Positions 11,633-23,620 of a stretch of 64,000 nt of DNA are shown here, piece by piece (position 1 is the first letter of the stretch; each line of letters starts with the position of its first letter). The position numbers and the translations under genes are program-made. The stretch comes from Eledone cirrhosa. Taxonomy: Eukaryota. The notes beneath the pieces are model-generated. The model saw only the letters and a list, made by a program, of their open reading frames with translations. It had not been told where the DNA came from and ran no database searches. The stretch lies in NCBI GenBank assembly GCA_964016885.1, contig OZ024741.1, forward strand, positions 124,558,001-124,622,000, written 5' to 3'.

Positions 11633-13238
11633 CAACAAACCTCGGAATTGCCCATGGGATCAAGCCTATCAGGTGTGGTAGCGATCTCTTACATGGACAA
11701 CCTCGAACGCAAGGCACTCAACGGAATCTATGAGACGAACAGCGGACAGAATCTATGAGACGTTCAACAACACGGACGAGAACATTGACTTCAGTGTTGA
11801 ACACCCCAACGAAGACGGGTCACTTGCCCTCCTCGACTTCCGAATCAACATCACGGAACAGGGAAGGTTCCACTGCAACTTATACCGAAAGGTAGCCTGC
11901 AGGGACCTGTTCGTTCACTACAAGTCCGCCCTCCCTAACAGTGCCAAAAGAGGATACATCACGAACGAGATCGCGCGAATCAAAAACAGATGCAGCGATC
12001 CCGCGAGTGGTGTCACTCATACCAAGCGATTCCTCGAGGTACTGGAGACGAACGGGTACCCTACCTCGATCACAGACAGAATAGGAGACACCAGACACAA
12101 GAGACATAGAGGCACCCAAGGCAAGTGCTTCCTTAAAATTCTACATCTGGGCGAGAATACCACCAACGCTATCCGCAAGGCTATACGGAGGGAGGGCCTC
12201 GACATCCACCTGGCCCACTCGGGCACCTCCCTGCGAAGATGCCTCTCCAAGAAACCCGGGAAATCTACTGACGCAGGCTCCCTCAGAGACTGCCCGATAC
12301 GAACTGTTGCCTACGCACATACGTCGTGTATAAGATAGAATGTGACAGGTGCAACCAATACTACATAGCTAGCACAATCCGACGTTTGCACATCCGGATC
12401 AAGGAACACACTAAAACCAGGGCCTCGTCTTTCCGGAAACACATAGACAAATGCGGAAACAAAGACGGATGGCCCATTGTCACAATTCTAGCGACTGAAA
12501 GAAACGTCGGCGCGTTACGTATCAAGGAAGCACTTTTTCTCAAACGCCTGCAACCGCAAATAAATAACCGATTAGAGAGAAGCGAAATGAGATGGCTGGT
12601 TTAAGTTAACAAACGATGTAGCAACACACAACACACGCACACACACACGAGACAACTACACACACAGTAGCATTCCACCATACGAACATACTACACTGCC
12701 AATACAGAGGAACAAGGCAACTACACACGCACACACACACACACTCAAGCGAGACAACAACACACGCATACACACACACAGTAACATTTAACAAACAGGC
12801 AGAGAATGGACTGACAGCTAGCGCCACCCCACTCCCTCATTCGGCCGCTGACCTCTGCCCGACCGACCCCATTTCACGCGCACGCGCGCTCTGCCGAATA
12901 CCTCAGATATTCAAAACAACAAACAGCGGAGGACGCGTTTCGCACCTGTCCGGCAGACAACCTTTACCCCGAAAAACCCCCAGTTGATGGATGTGAATCC
13001 GAAATATATAGGGACTATTAAATCTCTCCCAAGGTAACTCTCTCTTGTGTTGTTATTTTAATTTTATCCTTTATACTCTTCCTTCTTTCTTCTACACATT
13101 TACACATCTTTACACTCCACGCATCTCAACGTACACCCACTTACATCTCTCTCTCCACCACCGGATCTTGTTACCCGGAGATTTACGCATTTGCATTGTC
13201 GAGGCTTCCAAACGACTTAAAGATATTTATTTATTATA
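11633..13238 (+). mobile_element. Inverted, 5'-truncated second copy of the same Penelope-like element
   Basis: Near-identical reverse complement of 8236-9905. ORFs 11730-12338 and 12326-12604 encode RT thumb and GIY-YIG; about 75 nt containing RYVDD are missing near 11724. Confidence 0.93.
12978..13013 (+). ncRNA. Hammerhead-like motif in the PLE pLTR with atypical CAGUUGA core (mirror copy at 8447-8482, minus strand)
   Basis: CCC-CAGTTGA-T-GGAT-GTGA-ATCC-GAAA-TATA-TA-GGG; stems I and II and palindromic stem III ATATAT sit in HHR geometry. Confidence 0.5.
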
Positions 13239-14199
13239 AACTAGACATGAAAAATGCGCAAGCTCAAAAGTGCCACAGAATGTTATAATAAACCTTCAAA
13301 AGTGTGGGACTAGAGTTGTTGCTAAAAAATATTGTAATCATTATATATCGTACATTCTGTGGCATCCTTTATAAAAATAGCTTAAACCAACGAAGCCTTT
13401 ATTTTTACGCTATTTCACTTAGTTAATTCTTAGAGTGTAACATATAAAAATATGATTTACAACTATAAAATAAATTAATTAATATAATAACAGAGCTGCG
13501 GAGCTGAAATTTAGGAAATAATGGAGTATCGGATCCTGAGTTGGAGCCAGTCAATTTTTGGCCGACTCCGCAGCCCTGTATAATACATTTCATATTAAAG
13601 TTATTAATAAACCTATTTTACACTTCATGCAAATTACCACGAGATATTGATATTAGATATAAGATACAGCGCAATATCTACAGCTGTAAAAGTACGAAAG
13701 CGAAGTAATAATAAGTGGCTTAAGGTAATTCCAATATGAAAGTTTGTAGTGATAAAAATTTGATAATGCAATACGATTGTTAATATTATAGTTCTATGAA
13801 AATGTAACAATAGATAACTAAATTATTTTACTATTAGTATATTTAAGAAATTATCATTATAGATTTGATCGTTCATATAAGCATCATATTAAGTTTCAAC
13901 ACAATTATTTTATTACTATGAGTATATGATAATAATATTACGTAATTATTTATAGCTGTTATTACATTAAACATAGATGTATTTATTTTTATATGTTACA
14001 CTCTAAGAATTAACTAAGTGAAATAGCGTAAAAATAAAGGCTTCGTTGGTTTAAGCTATTTTTATAAAGGATGCCACAGAATGTACGATATATAATGATT
14101 ACAATATTTTTTAGCAACAACTCTAGTCCCACACTTTTGAAGGTTTATTATAACATTCTGTGGCACTTTTGAGCTTGCGCATTTTTCATGTCTAGTTTA
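13237..14199. repeat. 216-bp perfect inverted repeat (13237-13452 / 13984-14199) with 531-bp spacer
   Basis: I found no mismatch between the arms by eye; the left arm starts exactly at the PLE 3' end. Confidence 0.9.
13491..13578. mobile_element. 88-bp hAT-type MITE
   Basis: Termini CAGAGCTGCGGAG...CTCCGCAGCCCTG are inverted repeats; flanked by TATAATAA / TATAATAC (8-bp TSD, 7/8 match). Confidence 0.65.
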
Positions 14200-14789
14200 A
14201 TATTTTTTGAAGGCAACGCTTGTAATAACTCTAGTTAAACAGGATATATATTAATAATAAATTATCGTTGTAATGTAATTAGATTATGTAATTGTTATTA
14301 TAAATTATCTTATAAATATTAGTGTAAGATGTATAAAAATATTTTCAGACTTTTAATATAAACAACTACAAAAAACAATCAATATTAAATCAATATATTA
14401 TACATAATAGAAAACATAAAATATACAATACAAAAACAAAATATTTACATACAATTGCAATTATCAGTGTATATACATTTTCTTTATATTCCCTGAGCAA
14501 ATTAATAAGATTTGTTTTTATTGTACATAATTTGATGACTTGTTGGAGTGTATTAAAAGATAGCAACAATTTGTGATTAAATTGTTATCTTAAGCAACTC
14601 ACTTTTTAATAGTTGTTGGCTGAGCGAAATTGTAAAAGCCTATGAGCAAATATAAAAAAAAATACACAAACAACATTTCCTTGTGTTATTACAACATTAG
14701 ATAAAATAATTGAGCAATGTCGTTATATTTTGCTCTTATTGCACATTAATAGTGTTTCTATTTTTCGGCACAAATCCATTACGGCAGTC

Positions 14790-14920
14790 CATTACTGGTA
14801 CTTTATTTTATCGAATTAGTAAGTATGAAAGTCGAAGTTAACCACGGCAGGATTTGAACTTAGAATGCAAAGGACCATAACAATACTGCAAAGCATGGTG
14901 TCTGACGCTCTACCAATACT
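14790..14920 (-). mobile_element. tRNA-derived SINE (main family), partial
   Basis: ATTACTGGTACTTTATTTTATCGA...GGATTTGAACT...GCATGG; homologous to 6981-7161. Confidence 0.8.
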
Positions 14921-15313
14921 TGTGTTGAGCTGGTCATTAATTTATGGTGGTCGTGCGTGGAGTAGAGCAATCGCTAGTTGAAATATTATGAACAAAACAT
15001 TTTTATTTGCCGAAGAACATATTTTCAATACTGTTTGTGAATGTGACGAAGGAAATACATTCTGATATGGAACAGTGTACAAAGTGTGTCTGTGAATAAC
15101 ATAATGTTACCTCATGTTGTTGTCAAGACATAATGGATTTCGTATATCCAGTTAGAAGATGAAACCTAGCCATCTCGGATTAGTTATATTTCATGCCATG
15201 TGTAAACGTGTTTGAGGATAGCAAAATATGCGCGTTAATTATAATAATTAGTTAATAATATTACAAAATATACCTAATTAAACTCTTTGCTTGAAATTTT
15301 ATCATTCTTCGTT

Positions 15314-15368
<55 letters not shown>

Positions 15369-16715
15369 TTATCTAGTCCTTCGCTCAAGATTAATCTATA
15401 AGTTTAGATGTTTGCCTTCGTTTAAGTAAATATTACAGTAAGATTTTTAATATAAACAACTACAAAAAACAATTAATATTAAAACGAAAAAATTATCAAT
15501 GATAAAAGAAGCGGATGCAACTTTTTTTTTTATAAAGTTATATTCCTGTTTCTTTAAAGAACATTTCATTTTTGTTCTATTGTAGGCGAAATAATGCAAT
15601 GGTTTAATAGGGAAGATATAACTTACGAATTATGTCTCTAACCGTGTAACGCTTTTTAAGTAGATAACTACAATTGAAAATACTAAAGAAATTGAACCAA
15701 CAATTCAATTTGAAAGTCGTCTAGTGACAGTGTATTACTGGTACTTTATTTTATCGACCCCGTAACGATGAAAGGCAAAAATTCAAATGCTTAAAATTTA
15801 AATTGCCTTAATTCTATCGTCTGCTGTTTCATTAAAGGGAGATTATCGTCTGTATTTAATTCTATCGTCTACTGTTCCACTAAACAGATATACCTCCACT
15901 ATCGTCTCTATTTATACATTTTAACTTATAACTTATACACATTTGATTTGAAATATTTTATCTAGTCCCCCCTCTCAATATTATGATGATTTCTTTCGAA
16001 TGAAACAGTTCTAGTCCTGTAGAAGCCATTTATATATATAATTGAACTGAGTTAAAAATTCACAATATTTATAATTAAATAAGCTCATATATATATGTGT
16101 GTATTTATCTGTTTATTGTATTATATATAATGTGTGTATATACAGGATGTCCCCCAAAAATATATACACACTTCAACAGCATTCTAATAACTATTGCCTG
16201 TACAGGTAATCAAAGTGTCAATCCAATGTTAGTTTCGTGTTTTAACAGTACAAATTTACAATACACACATAAAACCAGTGTATATACATACATGAGTGTG
16301 TATACACATACATGAATGTGTATATACAATATATATGTATATATATATAGACACATATATTCACGGTGCAACGGTACATTAAAATATAGATGCGGGAGAG
16401 GGGGGGTGTATATATAGGGGCGCTGGGGATAAAGGAGTGTAAAGCGTGTGTAATTGATATATTGAAGGAGAGGAGCGTGCAGCGATAGAGTAACAAATAT
16501 ATAGAGAGGGGGAGAGATGGTATTGAAGGGGAGGAGTGCAAAGCGAAAGAGTAAGAGATATATATAGAGACGGAACAGATAGAGAGAAACAGGCGTAAGT
16601 AACAGTGGAAGAGATATAGAGAGAGGTACTCTGATTGGTTGAAAATTAGCCAATGACATACGATCACCACCACCACGGCTATCCCCGAAAAATTTTTATA
16701 GAAGCTAGGCATATA

Positions 16716-16770
16716 TGTTAGAACACGAAAAGTGAACATTCTGTTGTTTCACACTTTTCGTGTTCTAACA
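16716..16770. repeat. Hairpin with perfect 19-bp arms
   Basis: TGTTAGAACACGAAAAGTG (17 nt) CACTTTTCGTGTTCTAACA. Confidence 0.85.
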
Positions 16771-16801
16771 GATTCCACAATGCCTCAAGAAAACTTCAAT
16801 A

Positions 16802-16862
<61 letters not shown>

Positions 16863-16932
16863 CGGCTTTGCATGATTCTACTACTGCAGTGAGCTAAAAT
16901 GTATCTAGCAGATGAGTAAAATTTAATCTCAT

Positions 16933-17005
16933 TACGGGGTCGATAAAATAAAGTACCAGTAATGCACTGGATAATTGCTGGCCTTGTGCCTAAAGTAGAA
17001 ACAAT
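16933..17005 (+). mobile_element. SINE (main family) 3' half
   Basis: ACGGGGTCGATAAAATAAAGTACCAG...GGCCTTGTGCCTAAAGTAGAAACAAT. Confidence 0.8.
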
Positions 17006-17040
17006 TAATATATATATTGTAGGCCGCCGCATTCAGTCAT

Positions 17041-17956
17041 AGCCGACACGGATTGGAATCGAATTCTGTCGATCGATTTGTTATTGATTAGGCGAAACCC
17101 GCTGATGAAGCCACATGACCGATTGTGCCTGGTTGCATAATAAATGGAGACAGTGGATGCTGTATACTCTATTGCTGCATTAAGTGTGGCAGATACTCGA
17201 GTTCGGGTATAGATTGAAGGTATCCATTTACATGTGTTGTGTTAAAGCGAATAACTATGTGTCTACTCTGGGAGTTTACTGAACATTACCTCTTGAGTAC
17301 GCTGATATGCAACCGGTACTAGCAGTAAAACCCATGCTAGTCTCGTGAACTTATTATTATTATTTTCTCCCAACTAGCAGATTAACCGTGAGAGTAAGCT
17401 GATCAATGTTTCCACACATTCATTATTGTTTTGTTTGATATGCGCTCTAATACATGTTATATTTCTCTCACTCACCTATTAAATCGTGCAAGTTGTAAAA
17501 TTGACCGGTTACGCATGTGGTTGGTCGAAATATCTAGAACTCGAATTCTAACCAATGCGCTAAATCTATATCACTGTCAAATCGCGTGTTGGCATTTAAT
17601 GTCCGGAAAGGTTTTAGGCACTACCATTGTTACTTTCGCACTATTTCTCGCCATGGAATTGGAGACTAGAGCCGAATGCAGCCAATCTATTGTACAGCGA
17701 TTGGAGACTGATTTTTTAATAACCGTTTATACACGTTTGTTAATTTGTGTTTGAGACGCGTTGGCTGAGAAATTATGGCCGGAACGAAATTATATGAATG
17801 TCATCTCCTGCCATCACATAAATTTCTGAACTAATGGCCAATCAGCTGAGAGCATTGTGATGACGCGTATGAATTTCAGTTGCTAATGGTCTACTGTCTC
17901 GGCCGTCACATTTTAGCCGACACGGACTGGAATCGAATTCTGTCGATCGATTTGTT
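17041..17956 (+). repeat. 42-bp direct repeats 874 bp apart (17041-17082, 17915-17956)
   Basis: AGCCGACACGGA(T/C)TGGAATCGAATTCTGTCGATCGATTTGTT occurs twice with one mismatch. Confidence 0.8.
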
Positions 17957-18361
17957 TACAAAATCTACGAAATTTGTTTACAAAATCTACTAAGGTTTGA
18001 GCGAAAATCTAAGGTTATAGAAAAAAAGATCAAAGGCTTAAAATATGATGAGAAAAACAAATTAATACATTGTAGAATATAATGAAAGATGACCGTGACT
18101 CGTGGAATATGTTATAGGACATCAGCTATATACTTTGTGAAAGGATTTATGATGACAAAGTCCAAATAAATCGGTTCTTCGATTTATTATTGTGTTGAAA
18201 TTTGAGATGATTTTGTATTCGAAATGCGCATAATAAAATGTATGGTACTCTTCTAACCATCTTTTAATTTCTTCTTTATCATATATACTCCAGTTCTACC
18301 AACTGTGGTACTTATCTGATACATGCATAGTCTTATTTTTCTACAATATTACTCACCTTCT

Positions 18362-18468
<107 letters not shown>

Positions 18469-18641
18469 GAATTATAAGTTTGAAGGATAGTCGGAGAAAA
18501 TGTATCCAATTTTTCCTCCTTAGTCCGTAGAAATCAATTAATAAATCATTTAAACGGAGTTAAGCTTAAAATGTATCTTTGAAGAGATAAACAGATAAAT
18601 GTTATATATATGTCATATATATGTGTGTATGTGTTTGTATA

Positions 18642-18692
<51 letters not shown>

Positions 18693-19519
18693 GTGTGTGT
18701 GTGTACCTATTTATATATGCATAATGTGCGTATATATATATATTGTGCGTATGAATCTAAGTTGTTTTCGTTTGTGTGTGTCAGTGTATATTTATGTTTC
18801 GTAACCTAGTGATGCGACAAAAAAAGTTCGACAAAATATCAGGCATAAAAATAAGTACAGGGGTCGCTATGATCGAATTATTCGGGGCAGTGTCCCAGGA
18901 TGGCTGCACTCTAATGACAGAAAACAGTTAATGTAATATAAATATATATATATATGTCTATGTGTATGTGTGTGTTACTGAACGTCAAATTCTGTGTGAA
19001 TTTACGTAACTTTTAAATTAATGTTCTCATTCAGTTTGTTTGTTTTTCGATTCACCGTACATGTAAACTATTTTGCAATATATTTAACAGTCAGTATAAA
19101 TTTAATAAATCTAAGAAGTGAACGAAATATTCTTTATCATTGTTCCTTTTCATTTGATTTAACAGTGAAGTTTGTTGAATGAGAATAACTTTGATGTATT
19201 CAATTATAAGTCATATATATGGTATGATTGTTTGGATATTGTATGATGAGTAATTCCTGTGATTTTCGATGTAGAAGCGTAAGTAATTTATAAAATAAAG
19301 TAGAAATATAATATGAAATATTTACGTGGGTTGAATAATGAAATTTGTTTATATCTTGGTCGTTGACAGACAATTCATTCAATGATATAATTAATGGCGT
19401 CAATATAAGACTTTTCAGATTAGGAAACGGCATATATATTAAATTCACAGCCACGTTTCTCCTGTCTCATTCTCTCTAAGCAGCCGTTTCGGATTGTGTT
19501 CCTTTCAATAGGCCCTAAT

Positions 19520-19785
19520 CAGCTGTGGCCTAGTGGTACGGCTGTTGGACTTAAACTCATATGCCATAGGTTCGGTTCCTACGTGTTGTGTTCTTGAGCA
19601 TAACACTTCCATTCACGTTGCCACAGTATACTCCGCTGAAAATGAGTACCAGCAATAGCTGGGGGTTTAGCCCTGCGAAGGACTAGCGTCCTCTCAAGGG
19701 CGTACTCTTGTACTCACAGTCGTTTAACGCCACCGAAACTGAGATCAGCAACGGCCTCATTAGCCTCTGGGCTCGAGACAGACAT
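19520..19785 (+). mobile_element. tRNA-derived SINE of a second, older family with a conserved central domain
   Basis: A box TGGCCTAGTGG, B-box-like GGTTCGGTTCC, central GTTGTGTTCTTGAGCA..ACACTT..AAATGAGTACC..GGGGGT..CCCTGCGA.GGACTAGC, resembling widespread metazoan SINE core domains. Confidence 0.6.
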
Positions 19786-20284
19786 TGTAGGGAAATTTTG
19801 TAAATGAAAGCTGTACGGCAACGTATTGGATGAGTCGTAAATATAATCCCTCACACAAGTTAAATATAATCCCTCACACAAGTTAAATCCCCTGCCTAGT
19901 CCTTACAAATATTTTGCGGGCTCCTCTCTTTTGCATACATTCTTGAGAAGTTTTTCCATGGAGTAAAACTTCTTTGTTCCGTACATTCAGTCTCGAAGAA
20001 CAAGTTAAGAACTTTTCCATCCCAACTTCTTTTTAAGTCATTGAAATGTCCTTTAGTTTATTTGAAAAAAACGAATTAAGTGAAAACGCATGGGCTGGTG
20101 GTTACGATTATAAGGTTGCGGTTCTTGATCAGAGCACTTCATATCACGTTGCTTAATAGAAAATTAGCGACAGCAAAATCTGGAGACTTTTTCATCTTAG
20201 ACTCTTCTACTTCCAGTCGCTTGACGCCTATGAAAACGGAATGCACTCTCGAATTCGTTAGTAGATTAAATGAATCCATGTATA

Positions 20285-21543
20285 TATTGTTTTGTAACAA
20301 AAGTTCGTAGCGTTTTTCTATTGATTGTGTTTAATCATGCGATTTAGTTGATCATGTGACAGAAACAAATGACGTATATTTTCTGGAAGACGAGACTCAA
20401 TACATTTTCTATCCGAATATTGTGCAGATTATTTACTTCTACTTGAGGTATTTTGTTTTACGATAAAATTGAAAATAGAGGGAAATGAGATTCATTTTCG
20501 TTAATTGATACACTTTTATTTCCGAAAGTAAAGAATGTTGCACATACAGCGAAAAAGATATGAGTTATTTATGGATATCGTGTCATAGCTGAGGGTACTA
20601 TTCGCAAGTGGTTCCCTAGGTCTAGAGCCCAAAATGTTGACATCGAAGACCGTGCACGTTCAGTCGTGGATAATGATCAAATCGAGACTTTAATAATAAA
20701 AAATAATAATGATAATCCAGGAAACAACGCGAGACATCACAGAGGTACTTCACATATCTAATATGAGCGTTACAATGTACTTGAAAACACATAGATACGT
20801 GAATCGCTATGAGGTTTAGATGCCTCATAGGTTATTGGAAAAAATTAATAGAACGTATTCCTATCTGCGATTCTCGGCTCAAACGAAACACAAAAAATTC
20901 CATTTTTTTAAATGATCATGAGTGATGAAAAACAGATTGTTTGTAACAATGTAAAAGAAGGGGGAGAAAACTAAATTAACCACCTTCAACCATTCCAAAA
21001 TCCGGTCAGTATCTGAAGAAAGGAATGCTCTATATTTGGTGGACTTGGAAGGGTGTTATATATTTTGAGCTCCTACCGCGAAATGAGTCTTTAAATTCAG
21101 ACTATCATTGTCCTCAATTAGACCATTAAAGAAGGTGATCGATGGAAAAATCCAAAATTGGCAAACCGAAAGGGTGTAGTGGTACATCAGAGCAAACTTA
21201 GACCACACGTTTCTTTGCAGATCCGGCAGGAATTAGTACAGCTTGGCTAGGAAGTCCTACCACACCTACTGTATTTACCTGGCCTTGTATAGATAATCAT
21301 CTATTCCGATCCCTACACAATTTCCTTTAGACGATTGCAAAGAAAAAAGAAACACCTAGACCAGTTCATGACCGGGAAAGATGCCAAGTTTGAGGTGGAT
21401 GAGATCATGAAGTTGTCTCAAAGATGGCAAACGGTGGTGAAACAAAATGCAAAGTATATAGTTGAATAAAGATACGTACAACTATTTAAATATTTGTAAT
21501 GAATTTCACTTAAAAAAACGCTATGAACTTTGGTAACAACCCA

Positions 21544-21546
<3 letters not shown>
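20285..21546 (+). mobile_element. Mariner (Tc1/mariner) DNA transposon, full length, decayed
   Basis: ~30-bp TIRs (TATTGTTTTGTAACAAAAGTTCGTAGCGTTTTT / AAAAACGCTATGAACTTTGGTAACAACCCAATA), TA flanks, 1262 bp; broken transposase motifs HFR, TIRKWF, SDEK, IWW.WKGVIYFELLP, RPHVSLQ, EVLPH, HLFRSLHN. Confidence 0.9.
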
Positions 21547-21640
<94 letters not shown>

Positions 21641-23369
21641 GGTGTCTGTGTATGTGTGTCTGTGTGTGCCTGTGTATGTGTCTGTGTCTTTGCCGAACAG
21701 CTAAACTATGAACATGAACTCAGAGTGGTATTATGAGAACCAGTCTTCGGGCAGCGTTACAATCGACTAAACCCCTTGTGATGCAGCCAACGTGAGTTCA
21801 CGTGTGTTACTAGTAAGAGAATCGGATTTACAATCGTTAGGTTGATTTCGATTGCCGGGCTGGGTGATGCGCTGTACCCTTGCTTTACTTCACGTTGCTC
21901 CTTCTGCCAGGAGTTGTGACCGGGAGATAGTATCAGCAATTGTAAAGACCAATGGAAACATTGTTTCCTTAGTCAAATCTAACGAGTACCGCCCCACTCG
22001 GGAAGCAAGTGCCATTAAGATATTGTCGTTCGTTCCTGTAAAAAGCCTGGAAAATATCCCCCATAATGACTACAGTTTATTGTTGAACCCCGTAACAGAA
22101 ATTTTATAAAATGCTATAGATAATTTGAATGAGTGATGTAAACATTACTGGTTCACTTAGATAAATATTTGAAATACCACTCAAGATAGTGACGTATATA
22201 GTCACATGTGGCAGTCACATGAATCTTGTAAATAAATGCTGAAGCTTTATCCACATTATGAGCTATTTAAAATACAAACAGTGAGATCACACCCAAATTA
22301 TATTCCTTATATTTCAATCAAGTATCATTTCAATATTATTCTAGAAAATTTTCCAAGGAATTACCAACATAATGCGTATCACATATAATAGTACAATAGT
22401 ATCTTGATTATATATGAGGACATCTAGACAGCAGAAATCTCAAATTCTAAATGTTGCAACAAGGGAGCAATCAGTAAGTAACATATTTTAATTAGGAATT
22501 TATCTTCTTGGGCAATGAATAAGTGTCGCAACACAATAATGGAAAATAAATTCATTAGAAAACATTAATTTATTTTGCAATAAAATAAATAACATTACCA
22601 GTCAGACATTCAACAAGCCGAAGTTTAGAAATAGCCTTCAGACCCCACCCCGCCCCACCTCTCCAACAATTGCTGTTATTTTCGCTTTTCAATCGAAAAT
22701 AATATCAAGCAGAAGTAATTTGATGGCTGAACAAGTTATGTTGTTAGTTGAGAACCATAAATGATTTGATAAGGATTTCCAAGCGATTTAATTGATAAGT
22801 ATCAAAATACACCGTAAGTACTTCTATACAATTACATTTACTTTCTCTGTATTGCTTCATGTTCTCTCACTCACTCTTTCTCCCTCCCTCTATCTCACTC
22901 TTTGTGTGTTGCTAACTTTGTCAGTCTATGTCTACCTCACCCTCTGCGCTTATCCTTGTCACTCTATCTCCCGCTTTGTAGCTCTTTCTCTACCTCTCTC
23001 ACAGCTCATTATCCATCTTACACTATCTTTCTTCGTTTAATGATTTGATACCTACCAATGGCCGAGAAAATCTGTGCATTCATCTTGCCTCCAACAATTT
23101 TCCTCACGTAAGAAGAATATTAATATCTATTATAAATAGTAACTTGCAGAATTATCTGAGATCAGAAACATTTTAGACCCAGGTGTCTCAAATAGACCGT
23201 GTCGTAAGTGTAAATATAGTTCAAGCCTGACTTCGTTTTTAGTTTTCTGAATATACTTGACCCTATTTATCCAGACTTTGCATATTCTGATCGATAAACT
23301 CTTCAATTTTGCACAGTTCACACCCTTCATACAAACCTCTTGACTTTCGTTTCCTTTTACATCATGTTT

Positions 23370-23620
23370 AGTTATGACTTGCTCGGTGTTCCACTTTCTG
23401 CTATTTCCATCACTTTTCTCGTCCATTCATAATTATTTTCCTAGACACGTGTCCTAACTACCCAATCCAATTTCTCTACACAACGTTCAACACTGCTCTC
23501 TTTCTATAATCACTAGCAATCAATTGTTTGTCTACTCTCCCTCTGTGAAACTCCATTCGGCTTTTTTTCTAGCCTTCCGGCCGCTCCCATCATTTGTTAT
23601 CTTCTCACACTTGGAACATA
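23370..23620 (-). mobile_element. Probable RTE-like LINE 3' remnant
   Basis: Minus strand gives KLDW..GHVSRK..EWTRKVME, similar to the RTE W-x-GHV-x-R C-terminal motif. Confidence 0.4.

Noticed and set aside
14347-15483. ~43-bp direct repeat (about 14347-14389 and 15441-15483) and short tandem duplications at 17950-17990 and 19842-19888
   Set aside because: AT-rich local duplications with no associated structure; probably slippage or repair products.
17090-17140. GGCGAAACCCG-CTGATGA-AGCC hammerhead-like words
   Set aside because: No room for stems I/III or a UH triplet in the permuted order, and no GAAA after the downstream hairpin.
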